Below, one piece after another: positions 22,496-32,474 of a stretch of DNA of 64,000 nt. The translations under genes and the position numbers were made by a program. The notes below the pieces were generated by a model. That model was not told where the DNA came from and searched no databases. It saw nothing but the letters and a program-made list of their open reading frames with translations. The stretch is from assembly GCA_963845515.1 (NCBI GenBank), contig CAWJSR010000031.1, positions 25,659-89,658 of the forward strand. Direction: 5' to 3'. The first letter of the stretch is position 1. Each line of letters begins with the position of its first letter. This DNA comes from an uncultured delta proteobacterium. GTDB taxonomy: Bacteria; Myxococcota; Myxococcia; Myxococcales; Anaeromyxobacteraceae.

Positions 22496-22765
22496 ATGGG
22501 AAAACTGGTCGTGCGGATGGAGCTGAAGACGACCCTTCGAGGGAAGGCGCGCTACCAGGCCGCCGCCGAGCGGCGCGGCCTCTCGCTCTCGGACTGGGTG
22601 CGGCGCGGGCTGGACGCGCTCGCGGACGAGGAGCTGGGGCAGGACGACGAGCCACCCGAGCCGACGGCCGAGGACATCGCCGCGACGCGGCGGTCCCTCG
22701 GAGTCTTCCGGGGGACCGACTTCCGCGAGCGGGTCCTGGCGGCGAGGGGACCATGGACCGTGTGA
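22496..22765 (+). CDS. Putative antitoxin (ribbon-helix-helix-like)
   Basis: YQAAAERRGLSLSDWVRRGL, acidic C-terminus, overlaps PIN gene. Confidence 0.7.
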   Translation: MGKLVVRMELKTTLRGKARYQAAAERRGLSLSDWVRRGLDALADEELGQDDEPPEPTAEDIAATRRSLGVFRGTDFRERVLAARGPWTV

Positions 22766-23145
22766 TCGCCGATTCCGACGTCCTCATCGACCTCCTCCTG
22801 GGGGCGGGGGCCGCGGCGCAGGTGGACTCCCTGGCCGCTAAGGGCGCGCTCGCGACCACCGCCGTGAACGTCTTCGAGCTCGAGCGCGGCTGCCGGCGCG
22901 CCGCGGAGCGGGAGGCGGTACGCCGGGCGCTCCGGGGCGTCCGGATCTACCCGCTCAACGCCCAGGCGGCGAGGCGCGCCGCCGAGGTCGAGCGCGAGCT
23001 TGCGCGCCGTGGCGCGCAGATCGGGGAGCGGGACACGCTCGTCGCCGGGGTCGCGCTCGTCAGCGGCCTGCCGGTGCTCACGGGGAACGTCGAGCACTTC
23101 GGGCGCGTCGCCGGCCTCCGGGTGGTGAAGGCGCGGCGGCGGTAG
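22753..23145 (+). CDS. vapC: VapC PIN toxin
   Basis: IADSDVLID, VFEL, DTLVA, LTGNVEHF. Confidence 0.9.
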   Translation: MDRVIADSDVLIDLLLGAGAAAQVDSLAAKGALATTAVNVFELERGCRRAAEREAVRRALRGVRIYPLNAQAARRAAEVERELARRGAQIGERDTLVAGVALVSGLPVLTGNVEHFGRVAGLRVVKARRR

Positions 23146-23215
23146 GGCGCGGACCATGTGGGGGTCAGCGCCATCGGCGTTGCCGGGAATGATTCGCGAA
23201 TACATACTCATGTGT

Positions 23216-23416
23216 ATGCGTACGACCCTCATCCTTCGCGACGAGCTGATTCGGCAGGCCTCAGCGCTGACCGGCATCCGCGAGAAGACCGCGCTCGTCC
23301 ACGCGGGGCTCGAGGCCCTCATCGCGCGCGAGGCGGCTCGCAGGCTGGCCGCCCTCGGAGCCTCGGAGCCGCGGATCACCGCGCCGCGCCGCCGTCGCCC
23401 AGGGAGTCAGGAGTGA
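23216..23416 (+). CDS. vapB: VapB antitoxin (DUF2191-like)
   Basis: MRTTLILRDELIRQASALTGIREKTALVHAGLEALI; TTGCCG-N17-CATACT promoter at 23180-23208. Confidence 0.88.
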   Translation: MRTTLILRDELIRQASALTGIREKTALVHAGLEALIAREAARRLAALGASEPRITAPRRRRPGSQE

Positions 23417-23771
23417 TCGTCGTCGACACCTCTGTCTGGGTGGAGCACCTGCGCCAGGGCTCGCCGCGGCTGCGGCGCCTGCTCGAGGAGGGAGAGGTGC
23501 TCTGCCATCCCCATGTCATCGGCGAGCTGGCCTGCGGCACCCTCACCCGGCGGGGGGAAGTGCTGGGGCTCCTGAGGGCGCTGCCGAGGGCCACCGTGGC
23601 CTCCGACGAGGAGGCGCATCGGCTCGTGGAGGCACACGGGCTCCACGGGCGGGGGATCGCTGGATCGACGTCCACCTGGTCGCGTCCGCGCTGCTCTCGG
23701 ATGCAGAACTCTGGACGCTCGACCGGCGGCTCGAGCGCGAGGCGAGGCGAGCCGGGGTGGGCCAGCGTTAG
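23413..23771 (+). CDS. vapC: VapC PIN toxin; frameshift ~23655
   Basis: IVVDTSVWVEHLR, HPHVIGELACG, IDVHLVAS, LWTLDRRL. Confidence 0.88.
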
Positions 23772-23777
23772 CCGCGG

Positions 23778-26504
23778 CTACCGCTTCTTCCCGCCCGCCT
23801 CCGCCGCGATCTTCCTCGCCTCGACTCCGGCCGGTCCCTTCGGATCCAGCCTCGCGGCGCGCGCGGCGTAGCGCTTCGCGTTCGCCAGCTCGCCGATCTG
23901 GAGCGACGCCGTCGCGGCGATGACGAGTGGGCGGGCGTCCCTCGGCGCGGCGGCGGCGGCGCGGTCTGCCGCGCGCCTCGCCTCGCCGAAGCTCTTGGTC
24001 GCGAGCCAGGAGGCGGCCATCACCCGCAGCGCGTCGGGATCACGGGGCTTCGCGGCGAGGACCGGGTCCAGATCCTCGCGGGCGGCCTTCGCGTCGCCGC
24101 CGGCGAGGTGGGCCTCCGCGAGCGCGACCCGATCGGCGAAGCGGGAGCCGTCGAGCGCGACGGCGCGAGCGAGGGGCTCGATGGCGTCCGCCGCCTTGTC
24201 GCGCGCCAGCAGGGCCAGGCCGAGCGCCGACAGCGCGTCGGGGCTGCGCGGGTCGCGCTCGGTCGCTGCGCGCCACGCACGCTCCGCCTCCTCAGGCTTT
24301 CCCTCGGCGGCGCGGACGCGGCCGAGCGCCACGAAGGCGATCGCGGGCGCGCTGGAGCCGGCGGTCAGCTTCTCGAGGAGCGCTGCGGCCTTGTCCGTCC
24401 GCTTGAGCGCGAGGTCGGTGAGCGCGTACCAGGCGGCCGCCTCGGCGCTCATCTTGCCGTCGCGCTGGGTCTTCACGAGCTCGTCCCGCGCCTTCGGCAT
24501 CTCCCCGCGCTGGTACCTCGCGATGGCCCGCTGGAGGTGGGCCGGCCGGCTCTCGGCCTTCTCGGTGGTCGCGAGCGCGCCGACGAAGTCGCGCTTCCCG
24601 ATCCGCGCGCGCGCCAGGAGGACTCGCCCCTCAGGCGACTTGGGGTCGAGCTCCACGACCCGCCTGGCCTCGGACTCCGCCTTGTCCCAGGCGAAGTCGG
24701 CGAGGTGGACCTCTGCCAGGGCAGAGGAGAGGCGGACGCTCTTCCCCAGTGACTGCGCCGCCTTCTTCAGCCGTTCGGCGGCGCCGGCTGCGTCCCCCGT
24801 CGCGGCGAGCAGGCGCGAGGCCGCGATCTCGTAGCGGAGCCGCTCCTTCGCGGGCGCGGCGCTGCCCGGGTCGGCGTCGACCGCGGCGAGCTCCTTGCGC
24901 GAGACCTCCAGATCGCGTCCGAGCGCGAGCCGCGCCTCGGCCGCTCCCGCCACCGCGACCGGGTGCGTGGGGTGGGCGGCGATGGCTTGCACGTACGAGG
25001 CGAGGGCCCCCTCGGTGTCACCCCTGGACTGCGCCAGGTCGCCAAGGTCCACGACGGCGCGCAGCAGCGGCGGCGTGGCGCGGGAGGCGATCTCGAGTCG
25101 GCCCCGGCCGGCGTCGGTCTCGCCGCGGTCCACCAGGATCTTGCCGGCGAGCGCCTGGAGCAGCGGCGGCCCGCTCGGCTCGGCGGCCAGGATCGCGTCC
25201 TCGGCGACCTTGCGCGCCTCCTTGTCTTCGGCGAGCGCCCAGCGCGCGGCCAGCGCCCCGGCTCCGCTCTCCTCGTCCGAGGCCAGCGCGGGGAGGAGCT
25301 CCTTCGCCTTCTCGTCCTCGTGGTCCACCGCGAGCACGGCCGCCACCTGGGCGGCCAGCGAGGCGACTGCGGGATCGTGCTTGGCGCGCTTGCGCGCCGC
25401 GAGCACCACCTCCAGCGCCTGGGAGAGCGCTGCGCGGGTGTCGCGCGCGAGGCCGGCGCGTGCCCGGTCGGCCGCCACGAGCGCGTCGGCGGCGGCCTGG
25501 CGCTCACGGACGAAGTAGAAGACGCCGCCCGCGGCCGTGGCGATGAGCACCAGCGCGACGAAGAGCGCGGTGAAGCGGTTGCGGTGCCACCAGGAGGGCT
25601 TCTCGCTGGCGTCCTCCTTCATGGCCTTCGCGCGGAGCTCGTGCTCGTACTGCTCGGCGGCCTTGGCCGCCTCGGCGCGGCTCGTCATCATCGTCTTCGG
25701 CCCCGGCTTGCGCGGCTTCACCGGCCCATGGGCGTGGTCGTCGTTGCCGCCAGGGAGGAAGTCGAGCGCAGAGGGCGGACGCGCGGGGGGAGGTGGGCGG
25801 CGGATGGGCGGCGGCGTGGTCGCTGGCGGGCCGCTCGGTCGGCGCAGCGGCGGAGGGGCGGGGGTCGTCGCCGGGGCCTGGAGCGGAATGCCCTCGGAGC
25901 CGGTCGTCTCGACAGCGCCTTCGGCGGCCGCAGTGACCGCCTCGTTCGACGGCGGCGTCGCCTCGCCGGCGCCCGCCGGTGGCTCGCTCGGCTTCGCGGC
26001 GGAGACGATGGGTCGGTAGGGTTCGGTCCGCTCATCCGCGAGGAGATCGGCCGGGGGCTTCGGCGCGGCGGCCGCTGGCGTCGGCTCGGAGGGATGAGCC
26101 TCACGGTGGAGCCGCATCGCCTCGTCGAGCAGCCCCTGGATGCGGTGGTCGGCCGGCTGTAGCTCCATGGCGCGTGCCAGGAAAGGGATGGCCTCCCTCG
26201 GGTGGCCCTTTTGCAGCAGCGCCTCGCCGACGAGGTTGAAGGCGTAGGGGTTGCCCGGCTCGAGCGCGATGGCGATCTCGAACTGGTCCGTCGCCGCCTT
26301 GAGCTCGGACAGCTCGAGGAGGGCGCGCCCCCAGATGACGCGCCCGAGGATCGAGCCGGAGTGGTACTCCAGCCCGCGCTCGCAGATCTGGACGGCGCGG
26401 GCCGCGTCGCCCTTCTCGAGGAGCGCGCGCGCCAGCTCGACGAAGATGCGGGACTTGGGATCGGCTGCGAGGATCTGCTCGTACTTCTCGACGATGGAGG
26501 CCAT
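23778..26504 (-). CDS. Tetratricopeptide repeat membrane protein
   Basis: N-terminal TPRs, Pro-rich linker, one TM (FTALFVALVLIATAAGGVFYFV), C-terminal TPR array. Confidence 0.85.
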   Translation of the reverse strand: MASIVEKYEQILAADPKSRIFVELARALLEKGDAARAVQICERGLEYHSGSILGRVIWGRALLELSELKAATDQFEIAIALEPGNPYAFNLVGEALLQKGHPREAIPFLARAMELQPADHRIQGLLDEAMRLHREAHPSEPTPAAAAPKPPADLLADERTEPYRPIVSAAKPSEPPAGAGEATPPSNEAVTAAAEGAVETTGSEGIPLQAPATTPAPPPLRRPSGPPATTPPPIRRPPPPARPPSALDFLPGGNDDHAHGPVKPRKPGPKTMMTSRAEAAKAAEQYEHELRAKAMKEDASEKPSWWHRNRFTALFVALVLIATAAGGVFYFVRERQAAADALVAADRARAGLARDTRAALSQALEVVLAARKRAKHDPAVASLAAQVAAVLAVDHEDEKAKELLPALASDEESGAGALAARWALAEDKEARKVAEDAILAAEPSGPPLLQALAGKILVDRGETDAGRGRLEIASRATPPLLRAVVDLGDLAQSRGDTEGALASYVQAIAAHPTHPVAVAGAAEARLALGRDLEVSRKELAAVDADPGSAAPAKERLRYEIAASRLLAATGDAAGAAERLKKAAQSLGKSVRLSSALAEVHLADFAWDKAESEARRVVELDPKSPEGRVLLARARIGKRDFVGALATTEKAESRPAHLQRAIARYQRGEMPKARDELVKTQRDGKMSAEAAAWYALTDLALKRTDKAAALLEKLTAGSSAPAIAFVALGRVRAAEGKPEEAERAWRAATERDPRSPDALSALGLALLARDKAADAIEPLARAVALDGSRFADRVALAEAHLAGGDAKAAREDLDPVLAAKPRDPDALRVMAASWLATKSFGEARRAADRAAAAAPRDARPLVIAATASLQIGELANAKRYAARAARLDPKGPAGVEARKIAAEAGGKKR

Positions 26505-26631
26505 TTTGCGCCGGGAAATCTACCACGCCAGGCGGTCCCTGATCGGTGGCAGGGGTCGCTCCAGCGGTCACCGGAACCTACATCTGGCCGGCGGCGGCTC
26601 GCCGCGGCCGAGCGGCGCTCGCGGCTGCTCG

Positions 26632-28348
26632 TCAGAACGTGTAGGCGACCCCCGCCGTGAGCCGGAGTCCATCGAGCTTGATCGTGCCCATGTTCTGGCG
26701 CTCGCGGGTCATCTCGGCCTTGCCGAGCTGGTAACGACCCTCCACGACGCACTCGAGGCCCGGCGCGAGCGGAAGGGACGCTCCCATGCCGACGCTGAAG
26801 GCTGAGCGCGAGGTCGTTGGTCGCGATGCGATCCGCCGTGGACTCGATCCAGGTCGAAGGCGGCTCATAGTCGAGGCGGCGCAGGAGGTGAACCCACTGG
26901 AGGCCGACCCCGCCGAGGAGGTATGGGCGGAAGGTGGGGGTTGGGAGGGCGAGCTTGAGCGTGGCCTCGACCGGGATGACCGAGATCGTCTCCCTGACGC
27001 CGAAGTCAGCATAGGTCGGCCTGACGCCGCCGCTGCCATCCAGGTAGTTTGCGGGGAGCAGCGCGACGGCCTCGCCCTCGAGCCTCTGGTAACCCGCGGA
27101 GGCCTCGAACCCGAGGAAGTCGATGAACCAGATGCCGACGCTCGCCTGCGCTGCGATGCCGACCGCGCCGCGAAGGCGCTTCTGCGGCACGAGGGGACCG
27201 GCGGAGAGGGCAGTCCACGCATGGCCGCGGGGAACCGCCACGCCGCCTGGCGCCGGGACAGGCGGCGCCACTCCGGCCTCCGCCTGCTCCGAGGCGTCTC
27301 CGCGTACGGTCGTGACCTCCAGCGGCGTCGAGGCGAGGCTGGACGGATCGAGGACGACGCGCGAGGAGGAGACCAGGTCTACCGAAGTCGAGGTGACGTT
27401 CCGATCCAGTGACACCCGGAGGTCGTACCGTCCCTCCTCGAGCGCCAGCTCCACCCCCGCGCCGCGGACCTTGCGCAGCTCGGCCACCAGCTGGCCCGAG
27501 GCGTTCCGGACGAAGACCGTCCCCTCCAGCGCGGCCGGGATCGCCAGCACCGCGTCCGCCCTGCGCAGGTCGGTCATGACGACGTCGCCGCTCCCCACGA
27601 GCCCGATGTCGTACGTGGCGTGCTGCGCGCCTCCCTGCGTCGACTCGGTCCTGGCGAGCGTCTCGCGGTAGGCGAACTGATAGGCCTCGTTGAGCGTCAC
27701 CACCCCGTCGTTGCTCGTGTCGGCGCCGCCGCGGAGCCCCGTGAGGAGCGCGTGGGTGAAGAACGAGCCCTTCAGCCGCTCCGACTCCTGCGAGGCCTCG
27801 TCGGCGGCGCTCGAGGTCAGGAACGCGTGCCCCTTCACCCGCGACGACTCATCGAGGAGGAACGGTGGACGGTGAACGCCGCCCTTGGACCGCGTGAAGG
27901 CACCGGATGAGCAGGAGTCGAGGATCGCCACGCGGACCTCGGCCGGGATGCCGTCGAGGTCGCGCCGCAGCTGGGCGTAGGGGAGCTGCGACTTGCCCAG
28001 CAGCAGCCCCTGGTCGTCGGAGTGACCGGAGAAGTAGAGGAACACCTCCACCCGCTCGCCCTTGAGGCGCGAGCGGTCGGCCTCGGCCGCCACCTTCTCG
28101 ATCGCCGCGCGGACCCCCGCCGCGTCTGGCTCCTCCACCAGGAAGAGGTCGCCGATCGCGATCCCCCCCAGCCGCCGAAGGACGCGCGCCACACCTCGCG
28201 CGTCCGAGGTCGCGTAGCGCAAGGGCGTGCGGGCCGGGCCTCCGTCGCTGGCGCCGAAGACGACCGCGAAGCGCCGCAGGCCTCCGTCCGCTGCGTGCGC
28301 CGGTGAGGCGAGGACCAGGGTGACCGCGAGGGCGAGCAGGGCGCGCAT
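26632..28348 (-). CDS. Secreted caspase-family (C14) protease fused to a C-terminal outer-membrane beta-barrel; frameshift ~26790
   Basis: Signal peptide ...ASPAHA; His/Cys dyad YFSGHS and ILDSCSSG; C-terminal strands ending GVAYTF. Confidence 0.85.
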
Positions 28349-29112
28349 CAAGGTGACTCCTTAGTGACGACGATGCTGGAGACGACGAGGCCGCCGCCGA
28401 GGGGCAGGGGGGCGTCCCTGGCGTCGCCCCGGCGCGCCAGCGCCTCGGCGGCGTCGAGCACGCCCTGGAGAGGGAAGGGTCGATCGCCCGCGATCAGGAT
28501 GAACCGCTCGAACGCGGGCGCGTCGTCGAGCCGGAAGGACTCGGGGAGCAGCACCTCACGGTGTGACGTCAGCGCACCGGCCGCGGTCCCGAAGGCTGGC
28601 CAGTGGCGCGTCACCGTCCCGCGGCCGTCGATGGAGACGATCGCGCCGTAGCGCGAACCCGCCGACACGTAGCCGAGCTGGAGGAGCTCGCCGGCGCGGG
28701 CCGAGGCGCCGGGTGCGAGGGGCTCGTCGGCGGCGCCGGACTGACGGTGGACGACGAGGTGGGGCCGAAGTCCCTTCACGATCGTGGCGTCTCGCTCGGG
28801 CTCAGGCATGGGCTGTCGGTCGGAGGGGAGGTTCACGAGCAGGGCCACCGCGGCGGCGGCGACGGCTGGAACGAGGATCCAGAAGGGACGCGCGCCGCGT
28901 CGCCGCCGTCGAGCCACCTCGGCGGCCACGATCGCGGGGGGGATCCGCGCGAGGGTCGCCGCGCCGTCCTCTGCTATCGACGCGAGCCGGGCGGCGCCGT
29001 CCGCCTCGCGGTCGAGCCGTGCCTGCACTGCAGCGCGCTCGTCGGGAGGCAGGTCGCCGGCGGCGAGCCGCTCCAGCAGGTAATCGGGGGTCCTGGCATG
29101 TTCATGGGACAT
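28348..29112 (-). CDS. Putative anti-sigma factor (ActD-like; TM plus DUF4384-like domain)
   Basis: LLERLAAGDL...AVQARL anti-sigma-like N-terminus, TM, KG linker, IVSIDGRG...LPESFRLDDAPAFERF. Confidence 0.7.
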   Translation of the reverse strand: MSHEHARTPDYLLERLAAGDLPPDERAAVQARLDREADGAARLASIAEDGAATLARIPPAIVAAEVARRRRRGARPFWILVPAVAAAAVALLVNLPSDRQPMPEPERDATIVKGLRPHLVVHRQSGAADEPLAPGASARAGELLQLGYVSAGSRYGAIVSIDGRGTVTRHWPAFGTAAGALTSHREVLLPESFRLDDAPAFERFILIAGDRPFPLQGVLDAAEALARRGDARDAPLPLGGGLVVSSIVVTKESP

Positions 29113-29593
29113 CGTTCGTCTCCTCCAGCGCCACGATGCGCTCGCGCAGGCCACGGAGCCGCTTCCGGACGCCGGAGACCGAGAGCCCAACCTCACGGGC
29201 GACCTCCTCGAGCGTCAGCCCGTCGACGTGATGGAGCACCGCCATGAGCCGCGTCGACTCGAGCTCCCCTCGGAACGCGGCCCCGAGGTGAAGCCGGGCG
29301 AGCAGCGTCGGCTCGGGCTCCACGGCCGCCGCGATGGCCAGCACGCGCGCGTCCACCGGGTCGTGGGGCTGGCGCCGCGCCGAGCGGAGCCTGTTCAGGC
29401 AGACGTTGGTGGCCATCCGGAGCAGCAGCGAGGCAGGCCGCTCAGGCTCGAGGCGGCCCGCGTTGCGCAAGGCGAGCACGAAGACGTCGTGCATCGCGTC
29501 CACGGACGCCTCCTCGGATCTGAGCAGGGAGCGGCACCTGCGCAGGACCATGGGGCCGTAGCTCTCGTAGTTCGCCGCCACGTCGAAGCTCAC
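29102..29593 (-). CDS. ECF RNA polymerase sigma factor
   Basis: YGPMVLRRCRSLL, DAMHDVF, ATNVCLNRLR (region 2); DGLTLEEVAREVGLSVSGVRKRL (region 4). Confidence 0.9.
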   Translation of the reverse strand: MSFDVAANYESYGPMVLRRCRSLLRSEEASVDAMHDVFVLALRNAGRLEPERPASLLLRMATNVCLNRLRSARRQPHDPVDARVLAIAAAVEPEPTLLARLHLGAAFRGELESTRLMAVLHHVDGLTLEEVAREVGLSVSGVRKRLRGLRERIVALEETNDVP

Positions 29594-29723
29594 CGTTCCT
29601 CCGTCACGTCATGAAGACACCGGACGCGGCAGGATCCGTCACCTGACGGACGCGGAACATGGAAAACGGCAGGCCCCTCCGAGCTCGGCGGAGCGGTCTG
29701 CTGCCTGGAGGAGTGCCCCCCGG

Positions 29724-31142
29724 CTAGTTCGAAGCTGAAGGTGGCTGGATGGGCGGGAGCGCGTCCGCTTCGGGCGACGTCGCGCGCCGCCGCACGACCG
29801 CTTCGTTCGCCAGCCTGACGATGGCGTCGGGCCCGAGCGACTTCGCGAGGACCGCATCGGCGCCCGCGGCGCGGAGCCGGGCGGCCAGCGCGTCGTCGAC
29901 CCGGCCCGAGATGGCGATGATCGGGAGATCGCCCTCGCCGCCGATCCCGCGGATCCTGCGGACGAGCTGCTCCCCGTCCACGCCCGGCATCAGGACGTCG
30001 GTGACGAGCAGGTCGAGCGTGAGGATCTGATCCGCGAGCGCGTGCATCGCGAACTCCGCGTCGGGCGCCGTCAGGACGTCGTAACCGCTCTGCTCGAAGG
30101 CATCTGCGACCATCTTGAGCGTCAGGGAGTCGTCGTCGACGACGAGCGCGTGCGGGCGCCTCGCGGTGATCGCGGTCATCACTGAAGCGAGGGCGCTGCT
30201 GGCGCCCGAATCGAGCTGGAAGCGGACGCCCATCCCCGAGGCGTTGGCGTTGACCACCGTCGCGGTGGTCTGGAGAGTCGTGTCGTTCGGGAGGCGCACC
30301 TCGACCTGGACGTCGTCGCCGACGTTGCTCGGCTCGGGCGTGCGGATGAACGCCCCGCTATGGGACAGGTCCGCGAGGGTCGCAGCCTGACCGCCGACAC
30401 CGACCCGGACCGAGACCGGGAACCGCTGCGCGGATTGCGTGGAGTCGACGGGACGCGACCTCCTGCAACCTGCTTCGAGCAGCCGATGGACCTCCTCGGC
30501 ATCTCCTTCCAGCGTCGCGGTGAAGCCGGTCCTGGCGCCGGCGGCGTCCCGGACGAAGGCCGAGACGACACGCGCCGGCGCGCGTGCGACGGCGCGCGTG
30601 GCCGAGGTGGTCTCGAGCTGGATCATCAGCGTGTCGCCGATTGCCGGCGCGAGCGGCGTCGGCACGAACAGCGCGCGCGCGATGGGATCGTACGTGACCC
30701 CCACCCACCCGGGGCCCCCGACCTGGAGCCTCAGCACCGGGGGGAGGACCGGCTCCTGCGAGTCCGAGTGTGCCCCGCAGCGATCGACCAGGAGGGGACC
30801 TAGGATGGCGCCGAGCCCCGTCGCGTCCATGCCGCGGAAGACGGTGGACGCCTCTCCCAGCAGGCGCTCGCAGCGCGCCGGCATGTCGGCCGAGCCCGCA
30901 CCCGCGGCGAGTCCGCCCGCGCGGGCGCACCAGAACTGGAGCCGGTCCAGCATCGCCGCAGAGACGAGGGCGGCCGAGAGATTCACCCGAAGCACGAGGA
31001 AGCGCCCGTGCCGATCGAGCCCGACGTCGGCGTCGGCCGCAGCCCCCTCGCTGAGGGCGGGGATCTGCCGCACGAAGCCAAGGACCGCCGTCGCGCGTGC
31101 ATCGCGGACTGCGTTGAAGGTCATCACCAGCGCGATGCTCAT
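29724..31142 (-). CDS. PilZ-domain plus C-terminal response regulator receiver protein
   Basis: QRFPV...DLSHSGAFI PilZ; LVVDDD, DLLVTDVLMPGVDG, ISG, LAK receiver. Confidence 0.85.
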   Translation of the reverse strand: MSIALVMTFNAVRDARATAVLGFVRQIPALSEGAAADADVGLDRHGRFLVLRVNLSAALVSAAMLDRLQFWCARAGGLAAGAGSADMPARCERLLGEASTVFRGMDATGLGAILGPLLVDRCGAHSDSQEPVLPPVLRLQVGGPGWVGVTYDPIARALFVPTPLAPAIGDTLMIQLETTSATRAVARAPARVVSAFVRDAAGARTGFTATLEGDAEEVHRLLEAGCRRSRPVDSTQSAQRFPVSVRVGVGGQAATLADLSHSGAFIRTPEPSNVGDDVQVEVRLPNDTTLQTTATVVNANASGMGVRFQLDSGASSALASVMTAITARRPHALVVDDDSLTLKMVADAFEQSGYDVLTAPDAEFAMHALADQILTLDLLVTDVLMPGVDGEQLVRRIRGIGGEGDLPIIAISGRVDDALAARLRAAGADAVLAKSLGPDAIVRLANEAVVRRRATSPEADALPPIQPPSASN

Positions 31143-31470
31143 CTAGTCTCCGACGGCCGGAACAAGTCGAAAAATGCTAGCACGGGGCCCGAAACAGGGA
31201 GCGCCTGCGCGCGAGGTGTACCCGATCTTCCAGCCAGGAGGTGCCTCGCTCAGCTGCAGGTGCGCCCGCGGCAGGCAGGCCTGGCGGGAAGGATACGGAG
31301 AGGTGCGCAGGGTGCACTGCCAGTGGTTGCGTGACTTACTCAGACGCACCAAGGGCAACCTGAACGGTGTTGACCATCAGGATCAAGGGCTCGCCCCGGG
31401 GCACGATCACATCGGGAGCGTCCTCTGATCCTGACTGGTCAACATCGCACAGGGGCTGACGGGGGTCAGC

Positions 31471-31974
31471 TCAGCGGGGGCGCCGTGGATCGGGCCGGCG
31501 GTCGTCACCGTCCAGGCGCTCGCCCGGGAACCTCGGGCCGGGACCTCCGGGCCCGGCGCTCGGACGCCCCGGACGAGGCCCCTCCCGCGCCGGCGGCGGG
31601 TTCTCCTCGCGCCAGGCCTGCAGCCGCTGCCAGAGCTCCTCGCCGAGCGCCCGGCGCACGCGGGCGAGGAGGAGGATCCGGTTGCGGCGCATCGCACCGT
31701 CGGCCTTCGTCAGGGCGTCGATCCGCTCGACGAGGCGGGCCTCTTCGGGAGGCTGGGCCCGCAGTTGACGGTCGAGCGCCATCTGGGCGCGCCGCACGGC
31801 TGCGTCCAGCTCGATGGCTTCCTCGTTTGCGGTGTAGGCGAGCTCCTCGACGCGGCGCAGCTTCTCCGCCGGGATCCCCAGCTCGTTCGCGGCCCGCGGC
31901 GGGATGAAGCCGCCCTCCTGCGCCGCGGCGCGTGCCGCCATCAGGACGACGAACAGGACGAGACGTCGGGTCAT
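31471..31974 (-). CDS. Periplasmic Spy/CpxP/heavy-metal-sensor-like protein
   Basis: Signal peptide, ELGIPAEK helical bundle, VRRALGEELWQRL. Confidence 0.7.
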   Translation of the reverse strand: MTRRLVLFVVLMAARAAAQEGGFIPPRAANELGIPAEKLRRVEELAYTANEEAIELDAAVRRAQMALDRQLRAQPPEEARLVERIDALTKADGAMRRNRILLLARVRRALGEELWQRLQAWREENPPPAREGPRPGRPSAGPGGPGPRFPGERLDGDDRRPDPRRPR

Positions 31975-32474
31975 GGCGATTCACCTCCCGTCGCCCGGGT
32001 CCCGGACGGCGGCACGATGGAGTCGAGGCCGAAGGAGCGCGTCCGCGGCGGGGCGAGCCAGTCGGAGACGGCGCCGAGCCCGCGGAGCGCGGGATCCTCG
32101 CCCAGCGGGTCGCGGTGCGTCAGGTCCGCGATGCCGTCCGCGAGGGCGAAGAGATCCGGCCGCGGGGCGTCGGCGTCCGGAGCCCGCGAAGGGTTCGAGG
32201 AGAGGACGATCGCGACGAGCGCGGCCGCGGCGACGCCAGCGGCGGCCAGCCGCGTCGCGCGCCGGCGCCGGACGCGCGCGAGCACCTCGCGCTCCAGCAC
32301 CGCCGGGGGGCGCACGACGCCGGGCCGGGGGAGCGCGCTCGCGGCGCGGTGCGCAGCCGCCAGCGCCCTGCAGGCGGCGCAGGTCGCGAGGTGATCGTCG
32401 AGCCCCGCGGGGCGCGGCGACGCGTCGGCGAGGATGGCGTCGGTGAAGCGTTCACAGCGCGCGCCGTCGGTCAT
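31971..32474 (-). CDS. Zinc-binding anti-sigma factor
   Basis: HLATCAAC (HxxxCxxC) followed by TM helix. Confidence 0.8.
   Translation of the reverse strand: MTDGARCERFTDAILADASPRPAGLDDHLATCAACRALAAAHRAASALPRPGVVRPPAVLEREVLARVRRRRATRLAAAGVAAAALVAIVLSSNPSRAPDADAPRPDLFALADGIADLTHRDPLGEDPALRGLGAVSDWLAPPRTRSFGLDSIVPPSGTRATGGESP

Noticed and set aside
25718..28351. 877-aa caspase ORF overlapping the TPR gene
   Set aside because: The tail after ~26790 is out-of-frame read-through; the barrel frame ends at 26632
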